A stretch of 32,000 nt of DNA from Candidatus Thorarchaeota archaeon (GTDB lineage: Archaea > Asgardarchaeota > Heimdallarchaeia > Hodarchaeales > Hodarchaeaceae): assembly GCA_048882505.1 (NCBI GenBank), contig JBHLRO010000020.1, positions 1 to 32,000 of the forward strand, read 5' to 3'. The notes beneath the pieces were generated by a model. It did no database searches and had not been told where the DNA came from. It saw only the letters and a program-made list of their open reading frames with translations. This document shows positions 16,846-25,149 of the stretch, piece after piece. How positions within the stretch are numbered: the first letter of the stretch is position 1; every line of letters starts with the position of its first letter. The position numbers and the translations under genes are program-made.

Positions 16846-18150
16846 TTGGCCGAACTGACGGGAGAGGAGGATCACATCTGTGAAGCCAAGTTAAAACAAT
16901 TATTAAAGAGTCAGCAGATCAGGGGGAACTATTCGGACTATCGAAAAGTCTTTATTTCCCAGGAAACAACCTTATTCTGTCAGGTCCATGGGGGGAAATT
17001 TGCTAGTCCGTTTCCCCACCATACTTGTCCTGCTTGTGGGCGAAATATTTGCTGGAGCTGTATCGGGCAATTGATGGATGTGGGATTGATTGCTTGTGTC
17101 TATTGTGATACGGAGTTTGACCCGAGGCCGCTGATCCGCGCCATGATTTCCTCAAACGATATGAAAGTAAAGAAATATGGGGAAGGGCTCAATTTGATGG
17201 ATACAGCGAATTTTAAGGGCGCCGTGGAAGCGTTTGGCGAGTACGTCCGGTCGACTGATGAAGATGTATCAGGATTATTCGAGCTCGCCTTTTCATTGAA
17301 CGAGTCGAAGCGATACCAAGAAGCGATTTCTTACTGGAAAAAGATCAATGGAATAAGTCCCAGGCATGTAAAGACGCTGATTCATTGGGGAAATGCCCTG
17401 CAGGAACTAGGTGATTATAAGGAGGCACTTCAGAAGTACCAGCAAGCTAACCGCATCCAACCAAGGAACACAATGATTCTAATGAATTGGGGAGTGGCAC
17501 TAAAACGGCTGGGGCGTTTTGAAGCGGCCATTCAAAAGTACCAACAAGCGAACAGGCTACAACCCAACAAGGTGGAACTTTTGGTCAATTGGGGAAATGC
17601 CCTATGGAATACCCATTATTATCAAGAAGCGCTACAAAAGTACCAGCAGGCCGACCAACTACGCCCAAATGATGCCAACACGCTGTATAATTGGGGTTTA
17701 GCCCTTTGGAATGCGAATCGTGCGGAAGAGGCGGTTCAGAAGTATGAACAAGCCAATGGCATTCGCCCCAACCATCCAGATACATTAATGGATTGGGGGA
17801 ATGCCCTCCAAGATTTAGGGTGTTATGAAGACGCACTACTGAAGTATCAACAGGCTAATAAAATTCGTCCTCACCATGCACATACTTTGATGAATTGGGG
17901 AGTGGCCCTGAAACGGTTAGGACGTTTCGACGAGGCCATTCAGAAGTATCAACAAGCTGACAAACTACATCCCGTAAATGCAAGCATTTTGGCCAATTGG
18001 GCGACGGCCTTGAAAGCAGCTGACCGGTTGCCAGAGGCGAAACAACTGTATCAACAGGCCGCTGCCGCGTTCCGAGAGACAGGGGATATTGGTAACGCTA
18101 AGAGCTTCGAAAAACGGGCCCGAGAAATGGATCTCGCCGAGGGAAGTTAG
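16846..18150 (+). CDS. PCI-like winged helix + FYVE-type/RING-like Zn finger + TPR repeat protein
   Basis: C-x2-H-x12-C-x2-C-x4-C-x2-C-x11-C-x2-C at 16978-17106; at least 7 clear 34-aa TPRs. The frame is open back to 16759 and the upstream part (ELKAILLELEPGEPIALSKLAELTG) belongs to the same wH-like domain, so the true start is uncertain. Confidence 0.85.
   Translation: MAELTGEEDHICEAKLKQLLKSQQIRGNYSDYRKVFISQETTLFCQVHGGKFASPFPHHTCPACGRNICWSCIGQLMDVGLIACVYCDTEFDPRPLIRAMISSNDMKVKKYGEGLNLMDTANFKGAVEAFGEYVRSTDEDVSGLFELAFSLNESKRYQEAISYWKKINGISPRHVKTLIHWGNALQELGDYKEALQKYQQANRIQPRNTMILMNWGVALKRLGRFEAAIQKYQQANRLQPNKVELLVNWGNALWNTHYYQEALQKYQQADQLRPNDANTLYNWGLALWNANRAEEAVQKYEQANGIRPNHPDTLMDWGNALQDLGCYEDALLKYQQANKIRPHHAHTLMNWGVALKRLGRFDEAIQKYQQADKLHPVNASILANWATALKAADRLPEAKQLYQQAAAAFRETGDIGNAKSFEKRAREMDLAEGS
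17359..18072 (+). repeat. Seven tandem 102-nt TPR-coding repeats
   Basis: Units start at 17359, 17461, 17563, 17665, 17767, 17869 and 17971 (P-x5-L-x2-WG-x-AL...A-x-QKYQQA); units 2 and 6 are near-identical in DNA (atgaattggggagtggc...aaacgg). Confidence 0.9.
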
Positions 18151-18242
18151 TCATGCTAGGCTTCTTATTTAGTCATCCCTTCTTTATTGGTTAAAAATTG
18201 GTCACGAATTTATAAAGGGAGACTTTGGACTCTTTTGAGTGA

Positions 18243-18887
18243 TTGAACATGATGGATTTCGGGTTTCAAAATGACACTGTAGAATACAGCAATTACCTCA
18301 AGAACTTGTTCAATAGATCCTGGGATATGATAGAAGGGTATTGCAATTTCAAGTACAGAGATACACATGGAAAAGCATCACAGTATGATGAGCTAGGGAG
18401 AGATCTCTGGAATCACGCCCCAGCGAAGAAGGCATTGGACGAAAACAGGGGAGAGATGTCTTTTATGCAACTCATTGAACTCGTATGTAAAGAGCCCATG
18501 ATCCCTGACCTACGATGGTTTTCCAAATTATGGGATCAATACCTGGATTGTCCGAGTGACCAGAAAGCCATCCCCATTAGCCTAAAGGTCTGGCACGCCT
18601 ATAGAGAGCTTTCGAAATTACGAGATTTCTCATTAGCAACGGGTTATTTGTTTGACACTCTGAATGCCAAGGGTAAAGTGGTGAAACCAGCCGATCGGAA
18701 GGGTAGAACCTCCTCCTTAACGGATCTCTCCCCTTTTGTCTATGCTATGCGCATATTATATCAAATGCGGTGCAATGTGATTCATCCGGTGCGGCCTGAC
18801 TTCTTTTTGCGGCCTCGCGAGTTAGTGTTGTTAAATATCGCATGTCTGGCGTTATTTGAACTGCTTACACTGTTAAATCAAATCTGA
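18243..18887 (+). CDS. Putative HEPN-domain protein (RNase candidate)
   Basis: 214 aa, all-helical; C-terminal ILYQMRCNVIH gives the R-x4-H HEPN motif; N-terminal LFNRSWDMIEGY helix. Start could be ATG 18249 or 18252. Confidence 0.6.
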   Translation: MNMMDFGFQNDTVEYSNYLKNLFNRSWDMIEGYCNFKYRDTHGKASQYDELGRDLWNHAPAKKALDENRGEMSFMQLIELVCKEPMIPDLRWFSKLWDQYLDCPSDQKAIPISLKVWHAYRELSKLRDFSLATGYLFDTLNAKGKVVKPADRKGRTSSLTDLSPFVYAMRILYQMRCNVIHPVRPDFFLRPRELVLLNIACLALFELLTLLNQI

Positions 18888-19186
18888 ATTGGAATGGCAA
18901 GTGTATGAGACTGAGTGCCTCTTTAAGGGAAATAAGAGTAGCTATTCAGCGTTTCAAATTGCACAAGGAGTTAAACCCAGTCAATAGTCCCGTATTTAAA
19001 CGAACGATTCAATGGTCGGATACGATTAGGATTCAAGAATAATGCATGGCAGATGAAAGGATGGAAGAGAGTCAGATCGATCTAATGCGTTGTGATAAAA
19101 CTAGGAAAATATTCTTTTTTGTAAATTCGCCTTCCTATTGATTGATTACAGATCTATCCCCCCAATCCCTCCTTCCATCACCTTCC

Positions 19187-19669
19187 TCAAGAATGTTTGG
19201 ATTTGGAATGTTGATCTAATCCAATTTTGGTTTGAAATTTTTTATTGCACAGCTGACATTCATAGGTTTTCGCTTGTATTAACTTTTGATCATGTTTTGA
19301 TTTATTATGCTGCATTAACGCAAGATCATTTTTGAAGGATCTGTTGCATGATTTGCAGATAAATTTGGTCTGGATTTTCAGATTTTTGTGTTTAGCAGCC
19401 TGATGCTGCTGGAGAGCTTGCTGGTTCGAGAATTTTCTCTTACTATGATCACAAGCATTGAGCTTTTTCGGAGCTGCTTCATGAACGTCCTTGCGATGCT
19501 GATTTAATGCTTGTTGAGAACCAAATTCTCCTTGACAGGACTCACATCTATGTATTTTCTGCTCAGTTTTTGCATCTACAACTAAAGTTTGGATATTGTC
19601 CGTGTTGATTACGGGATTGAGTCCACCTAGAAAAAGTACGAAGATTGGATAGTTAAATTTGAATAGCAA
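19187..19669 (-). CDS. Multi-C2H2 zinc-finger protein (3 canonical + 1 degenerate fingers)
   Basis: CESC-x3-F-x5-L-x2-H-x4-H; CDHS (degenerate); CKSC...F...L..H...KH; CQLC...F...L..H...KH. Start codon uncertain (TTG 19669). Confidence 0.85.
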   Translation of the reverse strand: MLFKFNYPIFVLFLGGLNPVINTDNIQTLVVDAKTEQKIHRCESCQGEFGSQQALNQHRKDVHEAAPKKLNACDHSKRKFSNQQALQQHQAAKHKNLKIQTKFICKSCNRSFKNDLALMQHNKSKHDQKLIQAKTYECQLCNKKFQTKIGLDQHSKSKHS

Positions 19670-19772
19670 GCGAATACATTGTACTAGAGTATCTTCTCTA
19701 AGATAATCTACTCGGTAGAGAATAACCGATTATGAACACAGAAGTTCGCTAGAACTAGGAACAACACTGATA

Positions 19773-20756
19773 ATGAAAGCAGCTGTGATTGAAAGATTTG
19801 GGCCCCCTGATGTTATTGAAATAAAGGAAATTGATCGACCCATATTGGCCGACGATGAGATGCTGGCCAAGGTATATGCATCCTCGGTGAACACCGCAGA
19901 TACCGCAGGGAGAAGTGGAATAAAGGTGCTGTTTGGACTCGCACGATTGGAAATGGGAATTAGAAGACCGAAAAAAAAGATCATGGGAAGTGATGTGGCA
20001 GGCGAAATCGTGAAAATTGGGAAGGATATCACGAAGTTCAATGTTGGGGATCAAGTTTATGGATTTGCAAGAACTGGAACCTGCGCGGAATATGCAAAGG
20101 TATCTGAACGAGGAGTTGTGACTAAGCCGACTACCATGAGCTATGCCGAAGCGGCCGCAGTGCCTTTGGCGGCGTTAACTGCATTGCAGTTTTTGCGAGA
20201 CCTCGGAAATATTCAGGATGGCCAAGACGTTCTGATTTACGGCGCATCGGGTGGTGTTGGTACCTATGCTCTTCAATATGCAAAAACCTTCGATGTAACA
20301 ATAACAGCGGTTTGCAGCGGGAAAAATAGAGGCCTAGTGGAAGATCTTGGGGCAGATAGAGTAATAGATTACACAAAAGAAGATTTCACCAAAATGCCAG
20401 AGAAGTATGATCTGATTTTTGATACTGTGGGAAAATCTCCTCAATGGAGATGGAAAAACGCGTTAAAAGAAGACGGAATTTTCCTCCAAGCGGGTAGTCC
20501 GAGAATGAGGATGGTACGGTTCTTTTTGCAGATTTTAGGGAACCGGTTTCGTAAGAAGAAAATGCGATTTCTGATAACCAAGACGAGTACTGAGGATCTT
20601 GAGTTTCTGGCCAAGCTCATCGATGAAGGGAAAATTAAATCGGTGATCGATAGATCGTTCTCGCTAGATGAAACTGCGGACGCACATAGATATTATGAAT
20701 TGGGCCATACCGCAGGAAAAGTAGTCATCAATGTAATTGAGGATGCAGCTGAATAA
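19773..20756 (+). CDS. NAD(P)-dependent medium-chain dehydrogenase/reductase (quinone oxidoreductase/RTN4IP-like)
   Basis: MKAAVIERFGPPDV, GSDVAGEIV, AAAVPLAALTALQ, VLIYGASGGVGTYALQ, GADRVIDY, DLIFDTVG, GKVVI; lacks the catalytic-Zn Cys/His motif. Confidence 0.93.
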   Translation: MKAAVIERFGPPDVIEIKEIDRPILADDEMLAKVYASSVNTADTAGRSGIKVLFGLARLEMGIRRPKKKIMGSDVAGEIVKIGKDITKFNVGDQVYGFARTGTCAEYAKVSERGVVTKPTTMSYAEAAAVPLAALTALQFLRDLGNIQDGQDVLIYGASGGVGTYALQYAKTFDVTITAVCSGKNRGLVEDLGADRVIDYTKEDFTKMPEKYDLIFDTVGKSPQWRWKNALKEDGIFLQAGSPRMRMVRFFLQILGNRFRKKKMRFLITKTSTEDLEFLAKLIDEGKIKSVIDRSFSLDETADAHRYYELGHTAGKVVINVIEDAAE

Positions 20757-20968
20757 AATCCTGCTGTTTGGAACGAGAAGAAGTCACGCACAATTGAAGG
20801 CGTGCGCGGGAAACAAGCCAGTCTGATGTCTGTTGATGTAGTATTTTTCCGATCTTTCCCTTGGATGTGATTTTGAACATATCAAATCAGGGGAACAATA
20901 AGTTTTTCAAAGACCTGTCGTGGTTAGAATGCACAAACTCTGTCCCTTGATGCTTATCCGGTGAGAAA

Positions 20969-21409
20969 ATGAATCACGAATTTCCCCGAATGCTTGATAA
21001 AACTGTCAAACCAGACTCTGAGGCAATAATATCTTTTATAGGTGACCCGTGTGCCGCAAAATGGTTAGAAATGGAGGAGTTTCTTAAAACTCGCTATGAT
21101 TTCAAACCAGAAACGGTCTTTTACGGGAATAAATATGGATGGACAGTTAGATATCGAAAAAGCGGTCGTACTTTATGTTCTCTATTTCCGGAAAAGGGAG
21201 CTTTTACCGTGCTAATAACACTGGGAAAACGGGAGGCGGAAATAGTATTATCAATGAAAGATGAACTAAGTTCTTCAACATTCAATGTAGTACAAGAAAG
21301 CCGACAATTACGTGATGGTCGATGGGTATGGATAAGGATTGTGAGACCTAACGATATGACTGATATTAAAAAGATATTGTCAGTGAAAAGAAAACCAAAA
21401 AACAAGTAG
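20969..21409 (+). CDS. DUF3788 family protein
   Basis: GNKYGWTVRYRKSGRTLCSLFPEKGAFTVLITLG...DGRWVWIRI...DIKKILSVKRKP matches DUF3788 as recalled. Confidence 0.85.
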   Translation: MNHEFPRMLDKTVKPDSEAIISFIGDPCAAKWLEMEEFLKTRYDFKPETVFYGNKYGWTVRYRKSGRTLCSLFPEKGAFTVLITLGKREAEIVLSMKDELSSSTFNVVQESRQLRDGRWVWIRIVRPNDMTDIKKILSVKRKPKNK

Positions 21410-21519
21410 GATTAGGAAAAATGAGAGGTAGGGATCCTCTAGTCTCGAAACGACCAGGCCATTCTTAAATATCTAAACGGATACTAACAAAAAAACGGCA
21501 GAGAGGCCGCTCTAGGATT

Positions 21520-22620
21520 ATGTTGGACGAAAACTGGGCAATATTCGTTGAGGAAAGCTCCATCAAATGGTCTTATGGGGTTTCTGATATAGAAAAGTTT
21601 CAGAAGCAAGTGTTCAGTTTTTTCATTGGCTTAGGAAAGTTGGGGAACGATTTATTTGGAGAAGGGGGCATTGCAAATATAACTTTTGATTTAAAAAGGC
21701 ATTCAGGATTTAAAGCCGCAGAAATATTTATTGTCTCGTTATATGACAAGTTTTTCTTTATTATCAGTGATCCGATCCAGACTCTTCGGCTTATAATGAT
21801 TGAAGCAGAAATTCCCAGCGATATTAAAGAAATTATGAATGCGGTTTTGGTGGGACAAGCTTCAATCCTATATGGCGCTGGGATTGATGCAGAAAATGTC
21901 ACATTAGAGGAAAAAGAACAAACCATCCAATTGTTCAGGGATATCATCTTAGATCTCAACGGGGACTATGGTAAAGATGGGTCAATTAATACAATTGCCA
22001 GCAGGTCAGGGTGCAATTTTTCGGCTTTAACGTTTGAAGAATGTTTGTTATTACATGTTTATCTGAGAAAACAAACAAACATCCAAAGTTATTATGCGCG
22101 ATCAAGTTGGTGTTTGATCTCGCATTTAGATGGGGGAGACCTCCCTTTTTCTTACAATATGGAAGATGAAGTGCTATTTGGGGGATATTTCTCAGCCATA
22201 ATCAGTCTGATCGAGGTTCTCTTTAAATCAAAACCAAAAAACATTACATTCGGATCTATTAGAATTCGGAGATTACGGTTTATTTATGGAGAATCGTATT
22301 TCATGGCTATCGATAGAGCTTTTATGATTGATCTGCTACTAAAACGCCATTTTCAGCAACAATTCTTCGATACACGGTATGAGGTCATGAAAGACCTTGC
22401 TCCTGGGATCAAAGAGTTGATTATAGAAGAAATTCTTCAATATAATGAGGAACAGCTGAACCAGTTATCCGGAGAAATCCTGTTGGATACGTATTTTAAG
22501 CAAGGCAGTGAAAATCTGGAGCTATTCATAGATAAAAATCTGGAAAATCTCAATCTTCTTCGGGATGAACATAAAAATCAAGTATTACGTGTGTGGGGAC
22601 GATATTTGAGCAATTTATAG
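21520..22620 (+). CDS. Hypothetical protein with two longin-like domains
   Basis: aa 1-90 (WAIFVEESSIKWSY...VFSFFIGLGKLGNDLFGEGGIANITF...IFIVSL.DKFFFII) and about aa 195-270 (CLISHLDGGDLPFSY...LFGGYFSAIISLIEVLFKSKPKNITFG...RLRFIYGESYFMAI) both show the beta-beta-alpha-beta-beta-beta longin pattern. Confidence 0.65.
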   Translation: MLDENWAIFVEESSIKWSYGVSDIEKFQKQVFSFFIGLGKLGNDLFGEGGIANITFDLKRHSGFKAAEIFIVSLYDKFFFIISDPIQTLRLIMIEAEIPSDIKEIMNAVLVGQASILYGAGIDAENVTLEEKEQTIQLFRDIILDLNGDYGKDGSINTIASRSGCNFSALTFEECLLLHVYLRKQTNIQSYYARSSWCLISHLDGGDLPFSYNMEDEVLFGGYFSAIISLIEVLFKSKPKNITFGSIRIRRLRFIYGESYFMAIDRAFMIDLLLKRHFQQQFFDTRYEVMKDLAPGIKELIIEEILQYNEEQLNQLSGEILLDTYFKQGSENLELFIDKNLENLNLLRDEHKNQVLRVWGRYLSNL

Positions 22621-22654
22621 TTAATCGTCGGATCGGATGAGGATATGCGAAGAA

Positions 22655-23059
22655 TCATACACGCTTAGATGAGTGGCGGTTAAACGGAACGGTTGTCTCG
22701 GCACTTTCATCTGCCGTGATCATTTTTACTTGATTATTTGTGAACTTACTCTTTATCAGTTGGAGTAAATGTCTTTTACTATTCCTAGGATTATTTGTTA
22801 CGTAAATACCCCTAGCAGATAGCGCTTTTTTACCGTGAGAATCGATAATTTTCGCTGGAACATCATAGATAATATCAACGGTTTCACCATTTCGTGTATA
22901 ATCGGTCGTGGTATTATCAATCATATTATCGCTTTTCCATGATTTCACCATTTCCAGAATTTTTGTACTAGCCACCCCAGTGACTGTTGCTCCATACACA
23001 CGTTTTGCCATTTGTATGGCAAAAGTTCCCATCCCACCTGAAGGACCAATAGAGCCCTT
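22655..23059 (-). pseudogene. Degraded fragment of an MDR/alcohol dehydrogenase-like gene (paralog family of 19773-20756)
   Basis: IGPSGGMGTFAIQMAKRVYGATVTGVAST...MIDNTTTDYTRNGETVDIIYDV is the Rossmann half only; in-frame stop at 23060-23062, GroES domain missing, C-terminus diverges. Confidence 0.8.
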
Positions 23060-23191
23060 TTAACGAAATCTTCATGAAGAGAGAAGTAAGGGTGCAAACC
23101 TTTTTAAGGAAATACGTCCATACATTCCTATTTTCAATAGGCTCCAAAATGCCGCTTAAATAAATCCCAATCTACTTACTTTCTCGCCAAT

Positions 23192-24235
23192 GTGAATAAT
23201 TTGCAGGATGTTAGTTTCTTAGAAGAACTAAAAGGTGTTAATAGAATAAAAACCATCCTTTATACGAAGCAAGAAAATATCCCGACAATTGACAGGCTAC
23301 TTCAGCAAGCGGCAGACTCTAAACCTTCAAATTTCCATGTGTGGTATGCATGGGGGGTTGTTAAGAAGTTACAGGATGATCTTCCAGCTGCAGAAAAATA
23401 CCTTAGAAAAGCGTTAGAAATTGAACCGCGCAATACTCCGGTTCTTCTAGAACTTGGAAGAGTGATGACCTTTAGGAAAAAGTATCCTGAAGCAGAAGAA
23501 ATATTCAGAGGGATTGTCGAATCAGAATCAGACATTGTAGCAATCCAAAAGATGGATATTCTTTTCTATATTACAGACAACTATATCGATTGGGCATCTG
23601 ATGGGTACCATAAAAAACACTATAGATTATGGAGAGAAAACGTGAATAAAGCCTTTGACTCTGTGTTACTAGCCATAGATCTAGGTGTTTATGGTAAACG
23701 AATTCACGGACTACATAAAAAACTTTGTTTAGACATTGGACTCAGGATGTTTCAAAGGGGGGATAAAAAGACTGGAGCCCGTTATTTACGGCGAGTTATC
23801 GCAGATATCAGAATTCATGGACAACTCTTCTCAACCAACAATGAAGCTCTAATGATTGCGTATTATAATTTGGCAGAATATGAACATGCAAAATCACGTC
23901 CAAATTGGATCTTAATAGACATATATGTCAGAAAAGGCCTAGCAGTTTCCAATGATGAGAAAATAACCGAATCACTACTGAAGCTTAGAAAGATCGTGAG
24001 AAATGAAAAGAAGAGGAAGATTGGCAAAATTAAGAAGTTTGATGCCAAAAGAAAGTTCGGGATCATTACAAGCGACGGTTTAAGTTGTATTTTCTTCCCC
24101 GAATGCCTCACATGGTATTGTAGGGATATTGCTGCGTTAATTAATAAGAAAGTTTCTTTCATTCCAGTTTCCTATTCCACCGCCAACAGATCAAATAATT
24201 TCAAGGCGACTCAGATTAAATTCGTGACCCCCTAG
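23192..24235 (+). CDS. TPR protein with C-terminal cold-shock (OB-fold) domain, probably 5'-truncated
   Basis: TPRs (VWYAWGVVKKLQDDLPAAEKYLRKALEIEPRN; VLLELGRVMTFRKKYPEAEEIF) and C-terminal IGKIKKFDAKRKFGIIT...IFF...KKVSF CSD motif; GTG start directly into repeats. Confidence 0.75.
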   Translation: MNNLQDVSFLEELKGVNRIKTILYTKQENIPTIDRLLQQAADSKPSNFHVWYAWGVVKKLQDDLPAAEKYLRKALEIEPRNTPVLLELGRVMTFRKKYPEAEEIFRGIVESESDIVAIQKMDILFYITDNYIDWASDGYHKKHYRLWRENVNKAFDSVLLAIDLGVYGKRIHGLHKKLCLDIGLRMFQRGDKKTGARYLRRVIADIRIHGQLFSTNNEALMIAYYNLAEYEHAKSRPNWILIDIYVRKGLAVSNDEKITESLLKLRKIVRNEKKRKIGKIKKFDAKRKFGIITSDGLSCIFFPECLTWYCRDIAALINKKVSFIPVSYSTANRSNNFKATQIKFVTP

Positions 24236-24387
24236 TCTCGAATGGCTAGGAACGGAAGGGCTCCTTACAGTTCACTATGATTTATACCACAACCCGTTTT
24301 TTACAGGATGAAATAAACGGTAAAAGACATAAATGTGATAGAACTAAAAAAAGTAGGAATGACCAAAATAAATGGAGTTTGTGCATC

Positions 24388-25149
24388 TTGAGTCCAGTAT
24401 GTAAGAAATGCCGGAATTATGTAATGGATTTCCCCTGTCCCCATTGTGGGAGTGAACAGGCACTCACGGATCGTGAAGAGGATGAAATAAAACCAATTAT
24501 TCCTTTAGATCTTCAGGAATCGTTTGGAGAGCCTCCACCGCCATCACATGAGTCAGGACAATCCTATACTCCTCCTTATCAGCCGCCTGAGTCTCCAACG
24601 AAAGCTCCACCAGTCTCCCCTCCTCCGCCGAGACCATCCTATGCCCCCCAATCCACCCCGACTCCAAAACCATTACAAACCAAACCTGCTCCTCCACAAC
24701 GACCACCACCAACTCCTCCTCTTCCTCGGGTCGACCAGAAAATAACACACGCGCCTCCACCCACTCCTTCCCCTCCTCGGGTAGAACAGGAAATAAAACG
24801 TGCCCCTCTGTCAGCTCCTGTAGCTCGCCCTGAACTGGTGATAGAACAAGTCCCTCCACCAATCCCGCCCAAGCTGTCTATTAAGGGATTAGCGCATAAT
24901 TCTGGAACGATGGTTCCTCTAGAGGAAATTAAGGAACAATTTAAACAAGTAGAGTCACACTTCAAAGACATTAACTCTCATCAAAAGAAATCTGATTCTG
25001 ATATAAAGCAACTGGAATCGAGTATTAATGAAATCAACAAAAAACTTGATAAAATAGAAAAAAGCTTCAAGGTACTTTATAACGCCAATAAAAAGCTGGA
25101 ATCACTTCATAAGGACACCGCGAAAGATCTTAAGAAATTTAAACCATAA
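24388..25149 (+). CDS. Zn-ribbon / proline-rich / coiled-coil protein
   Basis: Likely start TTG 24388 (GGAG 24374-24377 upstream; track start 24277). CKKC-x8-CPHC ribbon, about 120 aa of Pro-rich low complexity, and a C-terminal heptad coiled coil (IKQLESSINEINKKLDKIEKSFKVLYNANKKLE). Confidence 0.75.
   Translation: MSPVCKKCRNYVMDFPCPHCGSEQALTDREEDEIKPIIPLDLQESFGEPPPPSHESGQSYTPPYQPPESPTKAPPVSPPPPRPSYAPQSTPTPKPLQTKPAPPQRPPPTPPLPRVDQKITHAPPPTPSPPRVEQEIKRAPLSAPVARPELVIEQVPPPIPPKLSIKGLAHNSGTMVPLEEIKEQFKQVESHFKDINSHQKKSDSDIKQLESSINEINKKLDKIEKSFKVLYNANKKLESLHKDTAKDLKKFKP
24703..24804 (+). repeat. Imperfect 51-nt tandem duplication within the Pro-rich linker
   Basis: PPPTPPLPRVDQKITHA (24703-24753) and PPPTPSPPRVEQEIKRA (24754-24804); both contain cctcgggt at the DNA level. 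Confidence 0.8.

Noticed and set aside
17359-18072. Regular DNA repeats as a possible CRISPR array or diversity-generating retroelement target
   Set aside because: 102-nt in-frame TPR units with no unique spacers; no reverse transcriptase or TR/VR pair visible in the window.
18905-19335. Short ORFs between the HEPN and C2H2 genes
   Set aside because: No recognisable features; one is antisense to the C2H2 gene.
23069-23080. Perfect 12-bp palindrome TCTTCATGAAGA at the pseudogene junction
   Set aside because: About 8 such palindromes are expected per 32 kb by chance.
24497-24971. Gly/Glu/Val-rich antisense ORFs
   Set aside because: Mirror of the CCN-rich Pro-coding strand.
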